From the NCBI GenBank assembly GCA_036781565.1, contig DAIQAU010000002.1, positions 1 to 60,652 of the forward strand: a stretch of DNA of 60,652 bases, written 5' to 3'. This DNA comes from Bacteriovorax sp. (GTDB taxonomy: Bacteria; Bdellovibrionota; Bacteriovoracia; Bacteriovoracales; Bacteriovoracaceae). Both the position numbers and the translations under genes were made by a program. This document shows positions 49,101 to 58,167 of this stretch, piece by piece (the stretch's first letter is position 1; the number at the start of each line of letters is the position of its first letter). The notes under the pieces are model-generated. The model was given only the letters and a program-made list of their open reading frames with translations, ran no database searches and was not told where the DNA came from.

Positions 49101-49331
49101 AGCGAGACCTCTCATTGAAGATTCGACCGGAAAAGTAATCGATCTTTCTATTTCTTCCGGAGCAAGACCTTCAATAATAGTATTAATTTGCACCTGATTA
49201 TTAGTGATGTCAGGTACGGCATCAATTGGAAGATGCTGGAATGAATACATTCCCGCAATAGCGATAGCAGCCGTCAAGGCCAGTACAACTATTCTGTTGT
49301 ACACAGAAAAATGAATTATTTTATTAATCAT
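46191..49331 (-). CDS. czcA: CzcA family divalent-metal RND permease
   Basis: LPIDAVPDITNNQV, LGALDFGIIVDG, ATDPMG, IQMRFNELL, RLRPVLMTA. Confidence 0.93.
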   Translation of the reverse strand: MINKIIHFSVYNRIVVLALTAAIAIAGMYSFQHLPIDAVPDITNNQVQINTIIEGLAPEEIERSITFPVESSMRGLAGVEQVRSITRFGLSQVTVVFKDGLDIYRARQVVSERLQGVLSELPKGAKAELGPISTGLGEIYQYSLDVKNPSTNSEERLKQLMDVKALQDWFVKPRLLTVEGVAEINTTGGYEKQFHVQPDVKKMASYGVHFDEIVEALEKVNQNVGGGYVSQSAEQFLIQGIGLFKNIEDIKNVPVKQLDSFRIIKIGDIAQVALGKELRTGSATVNGHEVVLGTAMMLLGENSRNVSTRIQEKVEEISKTLPSDFVLNTVYNRSDLVNATLGTVEHNLIMGATLVIVVLFVLLGNIRAAIITAFTIPLSLLMTFLIMKPLGLSGNLMSLGALDFGIIVDGTVILIDNCVRFIHEKTKHLGRKLTKEELQKAVYDATVEVRVAAGFGELIVVVVFLPIFALVGVEGKMFRPMAATFAIAVISALMLSFTTAPAMASLILSRDAEDKEPKFMLWIKKIYKPVLEATFSLKKFTIGASLAAVIIGVFLFMRSGAEFLPQLSEGSFAFHMIRPVNTSLDQSIALQRKAEEVIMKFPEVENVFSRIGTSEVATDPMGVNISDTYIMLKDKSKWPESNGSKKHTFQSLVNALIGKLEKEVPGQNYLASQPIQMRFNELLEGTRADVSIKIFGPDLKTIMDKAKEIKEVVSTVEGAGDVEEDLAGTSPVLKIEPIDNSVHRYGASTADILDTVSIALGGKEAGTLFENEKKFPIVVRLAEIDRSDLETIRGLPVGIGTNVTTPLSNLTKIYFAETYGSISREDSNRRSAVLVNLRGRDTESFVNEAKKLVEEKVKLPQGYYLTWGGNFKNLQEARQRLMILTPIALTIVLFMIYAAFRSVGQTLLIFSCVPFALVGGIVSLMLNNLPFSISAGVGFIALSGIAVLNGVVLVNYFNQLKLEGRTGKDLVVTGTLIRLRPVLMTALVAIFGFLPMMLSTGIGSEVQKPLASVVIGGIVSSTILTLVVLPILYSIFENKFKGRVAH

Positions 49332-49346
49332 AGCTTTGCCTTATTT

Positions 49347-49904
49347 TTAATGTGAATGTCCTTCAGGCGCTCCCCCGAAAGCAGTTAGTTCAGCAATTCT
49401 TACGAAGCCAACTCCATTGGTAATGACTTCATCTCCAGTTGCTAAATCCGATGAAAGAATTTTTACTAATGAGCCACTTTTTGAAATTAGTTTGAAATCA
49501 ATTCTCTTTATAAAACCATTCCTGATTCGATAGAGATTTACTTCCTCTTTGGAAAGCATTCTCGCAGAATCTGGTACAGTCCATGGACCAACTCCCACAA
49601 GTTTCATTGTTTTAATTTCAAAATTCTTAGTTGCTTCGGGTGACAAAATGAAGCCTTGTTCTTCATTGGCCTTTACAATCCCTTTTTCGGGGCCGACATT
49701 TGAATTTTCTTCTTCATGCTCTTTTTCTTGATGTTTATCATGACCATCTTCTTTTCCAGAATCTTTATGATCATCATGCACATCTTGCTTTGTACTTGTG
49801 CCAAGTTCCTTATGGTTTTCTGTTTTTGCATTTTTTTCTTCATTAAAAGCAAGACTTGAATTAACAAGAAGTATAACAAGCAAAGAAATTCTAAAATTAA
49901 TCAT
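49347..49904 (-). CDS. Truncated CzcB-like adaptor (His-rich linker plus C-terminal domain only)
   Basis: Start at MINF (AAGGAG RBS); His/Asp/Glu-rich tract; LSPEA..FEI, VPDSA, GDEVITNG, GHSH; about 185 aa. Confidence 0.65.
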   Translation of the reverse strand: MINFRISLLVILLVNSSLAFNEEKNAKTENHKELGTSTKQDVHDDHKDSGKEDGHDKHQEKEHEEENSNVGPEKGIVKANEEQGFILSPEATKNFEIKTMKLVGVGPWTVPDSARMLSKEEVNLYRIRNGFIKRIDFKLISKSGSLVKILSSDLATGDEVITNGVGFVRIAELTAFGGAPEGHSH

Positions 49905-51201
49905 TGCTTTTCTCCTTGCATACTTTTCTTCCAAAAATTGTTTTTCTACACTCAGCTTCGCCTTTCGCTGCTGGAGCAGAATCCGACAGAAGACTTTCAT
50001 AAGGTCCCACAAATGCCATTCTTTGCAATTTGTCGTAATTGATAATAAAACTATAAAGAGCCTCTGAATAAGCGGCTTGAGATTGCAAAAGTGAGAGAAC
50101 TGTTTGCGAAAAATCTCCTAACGATACTGGATTCCCGACATCAAACTTTTCAGACATGGCTTTAAAATTTAATTCACTAAGCTCGAGTCTTTCTTTTTGG
50201 AGTGATCTGATTCTTAATGAAGCATTATGTTCCTGACTAACATTTAGAACCTGTCGTCTTAATGTTTCTTCAATACCTTTCAATTGTAACTTCATCACCG
50301 CTTCTTTAGATTTTACGATGTCAATTTGTTTTCCATTGGCAAAACCTAATCCCTGTGAGACTGGCATATCATCAAATACACCTCCAGCCGTTCCTCTACT
50401 TATGGAAGGAACTCCTAAAAAAGAAAAACTTATTTCCTTTTTTATTTCAGGAATGACTTTTATGAAATATTGGAACTGGATTATTTCGGGAGATTTTTTC
50501 AAAATGTCTGCCTCCCAATCATTAGGTTCCATCGGTTGATTGACTGATCCATCAGGAAATTTAATTGAATCTAATTCCAACTCTTCTTTAACGGAAATCC
50601 CCAGTGCCTGAGATAGAATACTTTTCTCGTAATCCACAAGAACTTTCATTTTTACGAGATCTTCCTTAATGTTCAAATGTTGTATTTGAATTTCTCTAAC
50701 GAGTTCTGGGTTTTCCAATCCTAGGTCTAACCTATCTTCAGCGATATTTTTAATAGTAGAAAGATTTACCTCATGCTTGAGAAGAGATTTATAAAGTTCC
50801 TGATCCAACAAGACTTTTAGGTAAAGAGATCTGGCCGAAAAGACTTCATTTGCCTTCAATGCAAGATAACCTTGTTTCTCTGCTGCAAAAAGTAACTCTG
50901 TCTCTTTTAATCGAAACCAATTTGAGGGAACTAAAAATGGTGCGATTTCCTGAATGACATCCAGAATAGCCGAAGGTTCAATTACAACTTTTCCAATGTT
51001 CCAAAGATTTAAACGAGGAAGCATATTTAAGCGAGCTTCATCTATAGAAACTTTAGCCTGATAAACCCTTTCTGCATTTTGTAAGACTGACAAGTCTTGC
51101 TCTTTCACCTTCTGAGTGACACTTTCTAACGAAATGACTTCTGAAAAAGAAACTTTACTGTTCAAAACGAAAAAAAATAATAATGGAATAATTTTTCTCA
51201 T
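49897..51201 (-). CDS. Atypical TolC-family protein (paralog of 35751..37328)
   Basis: NMLPRLN..APFLVPSNW; OEP-type helices. Confidence 0.75.
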   Translation of the reverse strand: MRKIIPLLFFFVLNSKVSFSEVISLESVTQKVKEQDLSVLQNAERVYQAKVSIDEARLNMLPRLNLWNIGKVVIEPSAILDVIQEIAPFLVPSNWFRLKETELLFAAEKQGYLALKANEVFSARSLYLKVLLDQELYKSLLKHEVNLSTIKNIAEDRLDLGLENPELVREIQIQHLNIKEDLVKMKVLVDYEKSILSQALGISVKEELELDSIKFPDGSVNQPMEPNDWEADILKKSPEIIQFQYFIKVIPEIKKEISFSFLGVPSISRGTAGGVFDDMPVSQGLGFANGKQIDIVKSKEAVMKLQLKGIEETLRRQVLNVSQEHNASLRIRSLQKERLELSELNFKAMSEKFDVGNPVSLGDFSQTVLSLLQSQAAYSEALYSFIINYDKLQRMAFVGPYESLLSDSAPAAKGEAECRKTIFGRKVCKEKSND

Positions 51202-51848
51202 GGTTGAACTCTCTTTAAGACAGCAATGAATGTCTTAGCGACTAAAGTAGGTTGAATGACTACATGAATTTCATTAACTTCTTTAATCTCATTATTAAGA
51301 ATTCTTTTGGAGATTGATCGGCTTTTTTGAAGAACTTCGGACGTTTTGATTGGACCGTCTCCACTGCGATCACTCGAATCGAACAAACTGACTTTGTAAA
51401 CATTTGCGCAATTTTCCGCAGCTACTGCAATTTGTCCATTGTCATAGTCGGGTCTGATTTCGCTAAAAATACAACCAGAAGCAACCGCGGTTCCCTTTGC
51501 ATTCCAGTGAGTAGTTTGCAAAGAAAAACTTAAATTATTCAGATCCGCTGTAACTTCTTCCAATGTTCTGATTCTATTTGAAGTATAAGGTGGCAAGCTT
51601 GGAATTAAAGTCATCCGAGTTTTAAACTCTTTTTCTCCTGCCATAAAAGTTCCTTCGTAAGTTCCTTCAACAGCAGTATAAAATTCTTGTTTTCGAGCTA
51701 GATCATTTTCAAGCAATGTCGCTTTTCGCTCTAAGTTTTCATTTTCAACAACGAGTTCTCTTTGTGTTTTTTCTTCTAAATTTTTATCATCCTTTTTTCC
51801 ACAAGAGACGATCAAGGTTAATAAAAGTAATAAAAAAAGTAATTTCAT
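51198..51848 (-). CDS. Lipoprotein with coiled coil and beta domain
   Basis: Lipobox IVSC, EGTYEGTF, Cys pair. Confidence 0.75.
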   Translation of the reverse strand: MKLLFLLLLLTLIVSCGKKDDKNLEEKTQRELVVENENLERKATLLENDLARKQEFYTAVEGTYEGTFMAGEKEFKTRMTLIPSLPPYTSNRIRTLEEVTADLNNLSFSLQTTHWNAKGTAVASGCIFSEIRPDYDNGQIAVAAENCANVYKVSLFDSSDRSGDGPIKTSEVLQKSRSISKRILNNEIKEVNEIHVVIQPTLVAKTFIAVLKRVQP

Positions 51849-51865
51849 GGTTCCCCCTAATTATT

Positions 51866-53101
51866 TTATATTTTCTGCTCTAAAAAAGTTCCTTTTAATA
51901 TGTATAGAGTCCACAATGCCTCTATTGCTTTCAACTCTTCCTGATTTCGAATTTGAGTGTATTCAATAATCTGTTTATGAGTTTCCACAATAAGTGGTCC
52001 GGAAATCATTCCTTGTGAAAACAACTTTTCAGCATTTTTATGCTTTTTCTCGATAGAATCGTCTGACGGAGTATTGTTTAAATTATTCACAGAGGTCTTG
52101 TAGGTATTAGCTAAATTTTCCAAAAGAGCTTCTTGCTTCTTAATATTTGCCTGATGAACATTCTGAGCTTTTGAAAACTCAACTGCCTTTAGTGATTTTT
52201 CCCCTTGATTGACTTGGAAAAGTGGCAGAGGCAGACTTATACCTGCACCGAACATCTGATATTGTAATGACCCATCGATTTTGTTTTGAGCTATTAGATC
52301 GACTGTAAATTCCGGCCATGCTTCAGATTTAGCAACATCCAATTCACTTTTCGTTAAATCGACCTCAGCCTTTGATTTTAAAATCAACGCGGATTTTAAA
52401 TCCCCCGAAGAATTTTGCAGCTCTGGCCACTTTTTTATTAACTTTGGTAAATTGGACTCAATTTCCGATTTGTTAAGTTTCGATATCGCAATAAGCTCTG
52501 TGAGAATCTCGTTTCTTTCTGTATTGGCCTGATTCAAGCGGAACTCAAACTCACTGATAGCCATCTGTATAATGCCCAAGGTTGCTTCCTGTTCAGGATT
52601 TAAACGAGGCCTAGATTGATATTGATTTTTGATAAGCTTGAATCTTGAAATTGATTCTTCAACTTTGAGCATCTCCTCCTTTAATTGCGACAATCTAAAT
52701 AAAGACCTAACTCCCAACAAAGTAACTTCTTCAATTTTACTGAGGCTATCTGCCTTAAAAACTTCGCCTAATGCTTTTCCTCTTTTACTTCTTGCTGATC
52801 TTTGACCTGTAAATTCTATTGTCTGAGACAATCTAAGTTCACTGTCGAAAACAGAACTACCTAAATTGCTACCTCCTAATGATTCAAAAGATATCACAGG
52901 ATTTTTCCAGGCCTTGCCTTGAGCTGCTAACTTAGTTGAAACTTCATTAATTTTATCTACGCTTATAACTTCAGGGTGATTTTCCTGGATGCACTTTAAA
53001 AGATCATTAGCGCTTATAGGATTTGGACATTTAACAGCTGACTCGGCAGCCGCTAAAAACATGTATGTGGAAAGCCCACAAATAAAAACTCTAGCAAGCA
53101 T
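51866..53101 (-). CDS. czcC: CzcC-like outer-membrane factor
   Basis: WKNP, LSQTIEFTGQR, AWPEFTV, ISLPLPLFQVNQG. Confidence 0.8.
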   Translation of the reverse strand: MLARVFICGLSTYMFLAAAESAVKCPNPISANDLLKCIQENHPEVISVDKINEVSTKLAAQGKAWKNPVISFESLGGSNLGSSVFDSELRLSQTIEFTGQRSARSKRGKALGEVFKADSLSKIEEVTLLGVRSLFRLSQLKEEMLKVEESISRFKLIKNQYQSRPRLNPEQEATLGIIQMAISEFEFRLNQANTERNEILTELIAISKLNKSEIESNLPKLIKKWPELQNSSGDLKSALILKSKAEVDLTKSELDVAKSEAWPEFTVDLIAQNKIDGSLQYQMFGAGISLPLPLFQVNQGEKSLKAVEFSKAQNVHQANIKKQEALLENLANTYKTSVNNLNNTPSDDSIEKKHKNAEKLFSQGMISGPLIVETHKQIIEYTQIRNQEELKAIEALWTLYILKGTFLEQKI

Positions 53102-53150
53102 TGTTGCATACTCCGGTTTTAAAAATTTTTAGGTAAATTAAATGGAAAAA

Positions 53151-53513
53151 TTAAACGTGAATGGGCGGTTTGCTAAGAAACGATATGTCAGGTTGGGTAT
53201 AGATGTGATCGTAGAAGAAATTTGCGGAAAAATAAGTATTAAATTCTTTAAACGAAAAAATTTCATTCATGCTTATCAAAAAATGGTTACATCCTTCGCA
53301 ATGATCGCAATGAAAGAAATCTTCAGGGGAATGATCACTAGACTGGTCTTTTGCCGATAAATTAGAAAATGAATTAATCTTTTCTGTTTTTGAAAATTTA
53401 GCACGAGAAGAAGGGTTACCCGTATTTTCGGAAACTTTTAATTCGCAAGCAAATGATGAGGTTAATACCAACTGTAGTACGAAAACTACTGTTAATATGA
53501 ACAATTTTTTCAT
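53151..53513 (-). CDS. CzcI/DUF2946-like His/Cys leader protein with C-terminal KPP
   Basis: Signal peptide, HCDHCEGCNH, SKPPIHV at the C-terminus; first gene of the czc operon. Confidence 0.6.
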   Translation of the reverse strand: MKKLFILTVVFVLQLVLTSSFACELKVSENTGNPSSRAKFSKTEKINSFSNLSAKDQSSDHSPEDFFHCDHCEGCNHFLISMNEIFSFKEFNTYFSANFFYDHIYTQPDISFLSKPPIHV

Positions 53514-53681
53514 GATTAATCTTTATCAGTTTGAGACTAATGATTCAAGATAAAATTCAAGAATTACAATACTATACGGTTATCATCTTTATTAGTAAGT
53601 CTTCGGATTTGCAAGCTACTCTGAATCTTGATGACATTTTCCTACTGTTAAAAAATTTAATTTCAACTTATAATAGTCCTA

Positions 53682-54020
53682 ATGAAATTTTTCTCAATTT
53701 TTATTATTTTCACGCTCCTCATTCTATCAGTTGCCGATGGTGTAGCCTGCGCACAGAAAGATTTTAATTATGATCAAAACAACAAAACAAGTTTGATCTC
53801 GTCTCTTAACTCACTTGAAGTACAATTTACTGATGATTTCTCAAATGATCATTGCGATGTATGTCCAAATTCTTGTTTTTTGAATTTGGTGTATACACAA
53901 AAAAAACAGTCTAACTACCAAACTTTCGCTGTAAATAATGAAGAACCTTTCTTCAGCAACGGTTCTCTTCTAATCTCGAACTTTAATTCAAAAAATGAGC
54001 GGCCTCCAATACTAGTTTGA
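53682..54020 (+). CDS. CzcI/DUF2946-like leader protein with C-terminal RPP
   Basis: Signal peptide, DHCDVCPNSC, ERPPILV at the C-terminus. Confidence 0.6.
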   Translation: MKFFSIFIIFTLLILSVADGVACAQKDFNYDQNNKTSLISSLNSLEVQFTDDFSNDHCDVCPNSCFLNLVYTQKKQSNYQTFAVNNEEPFFSNGSLLISNFNSKNERPPILV

Positions 54021-54067
54021 ATTTTCAATCGCATTTGAATTTTTAAATTTTAAAATTGGAGTTTCCA

Positions 54068-54397
54068 TTGAAGACTATTATTTCACTTATCCTTTTTTCA
54101 TTCACACTTGTTTCCTGCTCTCATACTCATGATGTAATTAAAACTGACAACAGTAAGATCGTTGAAGTTAAGCTTGCTGATACGAACAGCCATTCACCCA
54201 AAATAGGTAATCCAGCTACTGTTTTCGATTGGAAGTGTGAAATTATTTCAAAAGGAACGCGTTCTCAAAGGTGGTCATGTCATAGAGAAAACGAGATTGT
54301 TGGAAAAATATCTGACATCATTTCAAATGATACAGTTAAGGTGCAACTGGATAAAGACTACAATGTTTCTAAGGATACTTTTGTTATTATCGAATAA
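54068..54397 (+). CDS. Small lipoprotein
   Basis: GGAG RBS plus TTG start, lipobox LVSC, CSHTH, Cys pair. Confidence 0.7.
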   Translation: MKTIISLILFSFTLVSCSHTHDVIKTDNSKIVEVKLADTNSHSPKIGNPATVFDWKCEIISKGTRSQRWSCHRENEIVGKISDIISNDTVKVQLDKDYNVSKDTFVIIE

Positions 54398-54407
54398 TCT
54401 TTCATCA

Positions 54408-54437
54408 AATCCCCTCAAGACAACTCTTGGGGGGATT
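54408..54437. terminator. Hairpin between convergent genes
   Basis: AATCCCCTCAAGA-CAAC-TCTTGGGGGGATT. Confidence 0.6.
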
Positions 54438-54441
54438 CTGA

Positions 54442-55434
54442 CTATAATTTCGTATGAGCATTATTAAAGAATCTTGAGACAGGCTGAAAAGCTACTTTTA
54501 AATGCTCATCAACCCCTTCTTTGGACCAAGTTTCTCTTATGATCTGCCAATTACCATCAGCATTCTGTTTTACATACAATTCTTTTTTGCCAATGTCCGA
54601 TAAAGTTGACGATTGATAATTTTGAATAAAGGTAATTACCGCATAATCTTTTTCAAATAAAATTGTTACGTGATCAACTTCAACTTTAGGGTTTCCTGGC
54701 ATTGAAAAGACGGCATTTTTATATTGCTTAAACTTGAGAAAGTTTCCTTTTAGATCAATAAAATGTTCAGCATCGTAATGTGCCATAAATTTTTCAATAT
54801 CTTTTGCTTGCCAAGAAGCTGTCCACGAATTAATAAAACTTGTCAGCTCATTTTTCATCAACTCATGTGAATCACTTTTTAGAAATTGAAGACTCTGTGT
54901 AATTATAAATGGTGTTTTATTCAATTCGATATACTTTGAAACTTCAATTAAATCCTTATTGTTCATTACAACACAACCTCTTGAGTCGAGGCCTTTTTCA
55001 ATTCTTGTTTCATCGTTAGTTGAATGAAGCCAAATACCAGAGCCCTTCTTCTTAAAAATTTTATCAACTTCATTAGGATAATTAGAAATAAAAGCACCGG
55101 CGCCGTAAATTTTCGCCTCTTTCCCGACTTTTTTAAGAAGCTGCTGCTTCGTCATGAAGTTGTCAAAAAAATAAATACCTTCTGGTGTTTTAAAATCGCC
55201 TTCACGAATTTTGTCACCACTGATTTTCCCAGTTGCAATTTGATATGTTTTTATTAATTTCGGTTTTCCATTTTCGTTCTCAAACAGGTGAAGCTGGTGC
55301 GTGCTTTTTTCCGCTATTAAAATATGGTGTGAAAAATAATTTTCCAACATTTGAGTTTGCATGGGAATGAAACTATCATCTGAGAATGTCTTTGCTGAAA
55401 TAATTGAAAGTGCCAGTAATATAATTTTTTTCAA
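54442..55434 (-). CDS. L,D-transpeptidase (YkuD) family protein with C-terminal NTF2-like domain (Csd6/DpaA-like)
   Basis: GDKIREGDFKTPEG, GIWLHS..SRGCV catalytic His/Cys, then W..SW..KD...F...Y domain. Confidence 0.88.
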   Translation of the reverse strand: MKKIILLALSIISAKTFSDDSFIPMQTQMLENYFSHHILIAEKSTHQLHLFENENGKPKLIKTYQIATGKISGDKIREGDFKTPEGIYFFDNFMTKQQLLKKVGKEAKIYGAGAFISNYPNEVDKIFKKKGSGIWLHSTNDETRIEKGLDSRGCVVMNNKDLIEVSKYIELNKTPFIITQSLQFLKSDSHELMKNELTSFINSWTASWQAKDIEKFMAHYDAEHFIDLKGNFLKFKQYKNAVFSMPGNPKVEVDHVTILFEKDYAVITFIQNYQSSTLSDIGKKELYVKQNADGNWQIIRETWSKEGVDEHLKVAFQPVSRFFNNAHTKL

Positions 55435-55452
55435 GTTAACTCCAAAAACAGT

Positions 55453-57657
55453 TTATTCTTCAATATTCAATAATCTTAGCGAATTTAGAATAACAATTAA
55501 AGTGGCTCCTGTGTCTGCAACAATTGCCATCCATAGATTTGAGATTCCCAAAAGGGCAAGGATAAGAAAAACAAGTTTAGTTAGAATCGAAAAAGCTATA
55601 TTGAACTTTATAATATGAAGAGTTCTTCTTCCTGATTTTATCGCAGTTGAAATTTGCCCCAAATCGTCTGACATCAATGTAACATCTGCAGTTTCAATCG
55701 CGACCCCAGTACCAATTCCGCCCATGGCGATTCCCAATGAAGCCGTTGCCATTGCAGGAGCATCATTCACACCGTCACCTACCATTACAACACGCTTCTT
55801 AGTTAACAAAAGTTTTTTAATTTGTTCCACTTTATCTTCAGGAAGCAAACCACCTAAGGCCAGGTCAGCTTTAATTTGAGAGGCAATAGTTGATGTGGTT
55901 GTTTGATTGTCTCCGCTAAGAACGACTACCTTTTTAACTCCAGCCTTTTTTATTTTCTCGATTGAAACTTGAGCATTTTCTCGAATTTTATCGCCAATAG
56001 TAATAATACCTAAAATTTCGCCCATGCAGTTTAAATGCGGCTTATGTCCAATTACGACGATTGATAGAGACTGTTTTTCGAGTTCTTTTAATTTTAGCTC
56101 TAGTGAATTGCTAGTTAGGCTTAAATCGCTTACAAATTTGTGATTTCCGAGGAAATAAATGTGTTCGTCTATGGTTGCTTCAATACCCTTTCCAGGCAAA
56201 TTTTTAAAACTTTCCGCCTTCTTAGGTTTAATGCCTTTATCTTCAGCAAACTTTATAATTGCTTGAGCAATGGGATGATTTGAATGAGTTTCAATCGAAG
56301 CCGCAATCTCCAGAAATTGTTCTGTTGAAATACCATTCAGGATTTCTATATTTTTCACTTCAGGCTTACCTTCAGTTATTGTTCCGGTTTTATCCAATGC
56401 CAATGTCGATATTTTTCCCAGCATTTCAAGATGAGAGCCACCTTTAATTAGAACTCCCTTCTTTGCTAAAGCAGTCAGTGAAGACACCACTGAAATTGGA
56501 GTAGAAATAACTAAGGCACATGGACAAGCTATTACGAGCAGAACTAAAGCTTTATAAAACCATTCCTGAGAATGACCTCCAAATAGCATCGGAATGAGAA
56601 AAATTAATAAGGCCAACACAAAAACAACGGGTGTATAAATTTGGGCAAATTTATCTACAAACTGTTGAGCTGGTGCCCTTTGAGATTGAGCTTCTGCTAC
56701 TAACTTCACAACATGAGACAATTTTGAATTTTCAAAATTTTTTGTAACCTTTATATCAAAACTACCATCTGTATTTAAGGTTCCTGCAAAAACCTCATCT
56801 GCTACAGTTTTATAGACTGGTATGGATTCTCCGGTTAGTGATGCTTGATTAACATTTCCCTGGCCACTAATAAGAATACCATCCATTGGAATATTTTCCC
56901 CTGCTTTTACTCTCACAACCTGAGCGATTGAAATTTTTTCAACATCAACTTCTGTAATTTTATCTCCATTTACAACAAGCGCCGTTTTAGGTGTGATTTT
57001 GAAAAGCTCTTCAATTGCCTTTCTTGCTCTTTGCACGCTCAAGCTTTCTAAAAGTTCCGATAAGGAAAAGAGAAACACTACAGTGGTGGCTTCCGAATAC
57101 TGTTTAATTATCAAAGCACCCAAAACAGCAACTGTCATGAGTACATTCATATCCAGACTATGCCTTTTAACTGCACTAAGCGCTTTCGGGAAAATTAACG
57201 TTCCTCCAATGAGAATAGATAGGAGATACAGAAGCACTAATTCAAGTGAATTCGAATTAAAATAATCAAAGATTAATCCTATCAGCAAGAGTAATCCACT
57301 TAGGGAAACTTTTATGATTCTTTCCTTATTGGCATTTAAATGGGAGCTTTCTTCAATAACTTTTACGACAGTAGAATTGATTTTCGTTTTAAGAAAACTG
57401 TCGTTAATATTTTTATTGTGAGAAATTTCAATTGTTGAAGCCATTAGATTAGCTTTAATTCCGTAGATATCTTTATTTTTCAAGACATCATTAATAGCCT
57501 TTATCTCATCTGCACAATCCATATTCATCACTTTAAATTTGGTGATGATTTGATCAGAAGTTGCCTTACCTTCGCCTTGAGCATTTATTGCCTCGCTTAT
57601 AGAACCACATGAGCTGCCACAGCAACCGTGTCCATTATTTGAGTTTTTTCCATCCAT
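55453..57657 (-). CDS. zntA: Zn/Cd/Pb-exporting P1B-2 ATPase (ZntA/CadA)
   Basis: CCGSSC, MDCADE, CPCALVISTP, DKTGT, TM Lys (LTK) and ADTG. Confidence 0.92.
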   Translation of the reverse strand: MDGKNSNNGHGCCGSSCGSISEAINAQGEGKATSDQIITKFKVMNMDCADEIKAINDVLKNKDIYGIKANLMASTIEISHNKNINDSFLKTKINSTVVKVIEESSHLNANKERIIKVSLSGLLLLIGLIFDYFNSNSLELVLLYLLSILIGGTLIFPKALSAVKRHSLDMNVLMTVAVLGALIIKQYSEATTVVFLFSLSELLESLSVQRARKAIEELFKITPKTALVVNGDKITEVDVEKISIAQVVRVKAGENIPMDGILISGQGNVNQASLTGESIPVYKTVADEVFAGTLNTDGSFDIKVTKNFENSKLSHVVKLVAEAQSQRAPAQQFVDKFAQIYTPVVFVLALLIFLIPMLFGGHSQEWFYKALVLLVIACPCALVISTPISVVSSLTALAKKGVLIKGGSHLEMLGKISTLALDKTGTITEGKPEVKNIEILNGISTEQFLEIAASIETHSNHPIAQAIIKFAEDKGIKPKKAESFKNLPGKGIEATIDEHIYFLGNHKFVSDLSLTSNSLELKLKELEKQSLSIVVIGHKPHLNCMGEILGIITIGDKIRENAQVSIEKIKKAGVKKVVVLSGDNQTTTSTIASQIKADLALGGLLPEDKVEQIKKLLLTKKRVVMVGDGVNDAPAMATASLGIAMGGIGTGVAIETADVTLMSDDLGQISTAIKSGRRTLHIIKFNIAFSILTKLVFLILALLGISNLWMAIVADTGATLIVILNSLRLLNIEE

Positions 57658-57688
57658 TTTTTACTTCCAAAAATTAAATTTTTTGACT

Positions 57689-57719
57689 AATCTAAACCCT
57701 GTAGCCAATACAGGGTCAA
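57689..57719 (-). promoter_or_regulatory. MerR-type promoter/operator for zntA
   Basis: -35 TTGACC, 19-bp spacer, -10 TAGATT; dyad ACCCTGTA-N5-TACAGGGT (57696-57716). Confidence 0.9.
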
Positions 57720-57741
57720 GGCTAAATTAGGGAGAGACAAT

Positions 57742-58167
57742 ATGTTGCGCAGTCAAATTTCTAAAGCGACTGGAATGGACATTGAAACAATCCGCTACTA
57801 TGAAAAGTCCAAATTGATCACACCACCGACTCGCTTGGATAATGGTTATAGAGTTTATTCAAATATACAACTAGATGAACTGATGTTCATTCAGCATTGC
57901 AGGTCTATGGGAATTGGAATAGATGAAATAAAAGCTCTTAAAGAACTTAAAGATAATAATAGCGACTGCTCTAAAGCGAATCAGATTATCGACAAAAATT
58001 TGAAGTTAATTGAAATGAAAATTTCTGAATTGGTTAAGCTTCAGGCACAACTCATAAATTTATCCAAACGTTGTTCTACACAAGGCACTACTGATAAATG
58101 TGGTATTGTTAAAAGCTTAATTAAAGAGTCGCTGATTAAAAAGAATTCATCAAGTCTAGAGCTATGA
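57742..58167 (+). CDS. cadR: MerR family Cd/Pb/Zn-responsive regulator (CadR/PbrR-like)
   Basis: ETIRYYE..NGYRVY, FIQHCRSMG, three metal-binding Cys (DC..., C-x7-CGI). Confidence 0.88.
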   Translation: MLRSQISKATGMDIETIRYYEKSKLITPPTRLDNGYRVYSNIQLDELMFIQHCRSMGIGIDEIKALKELKDNNSDCSKANQIIDKNLKLIEMKISELVKLQAQLINLSKRCSTQGTTDKCGIVKSLIKESLIKKNSSSLEL

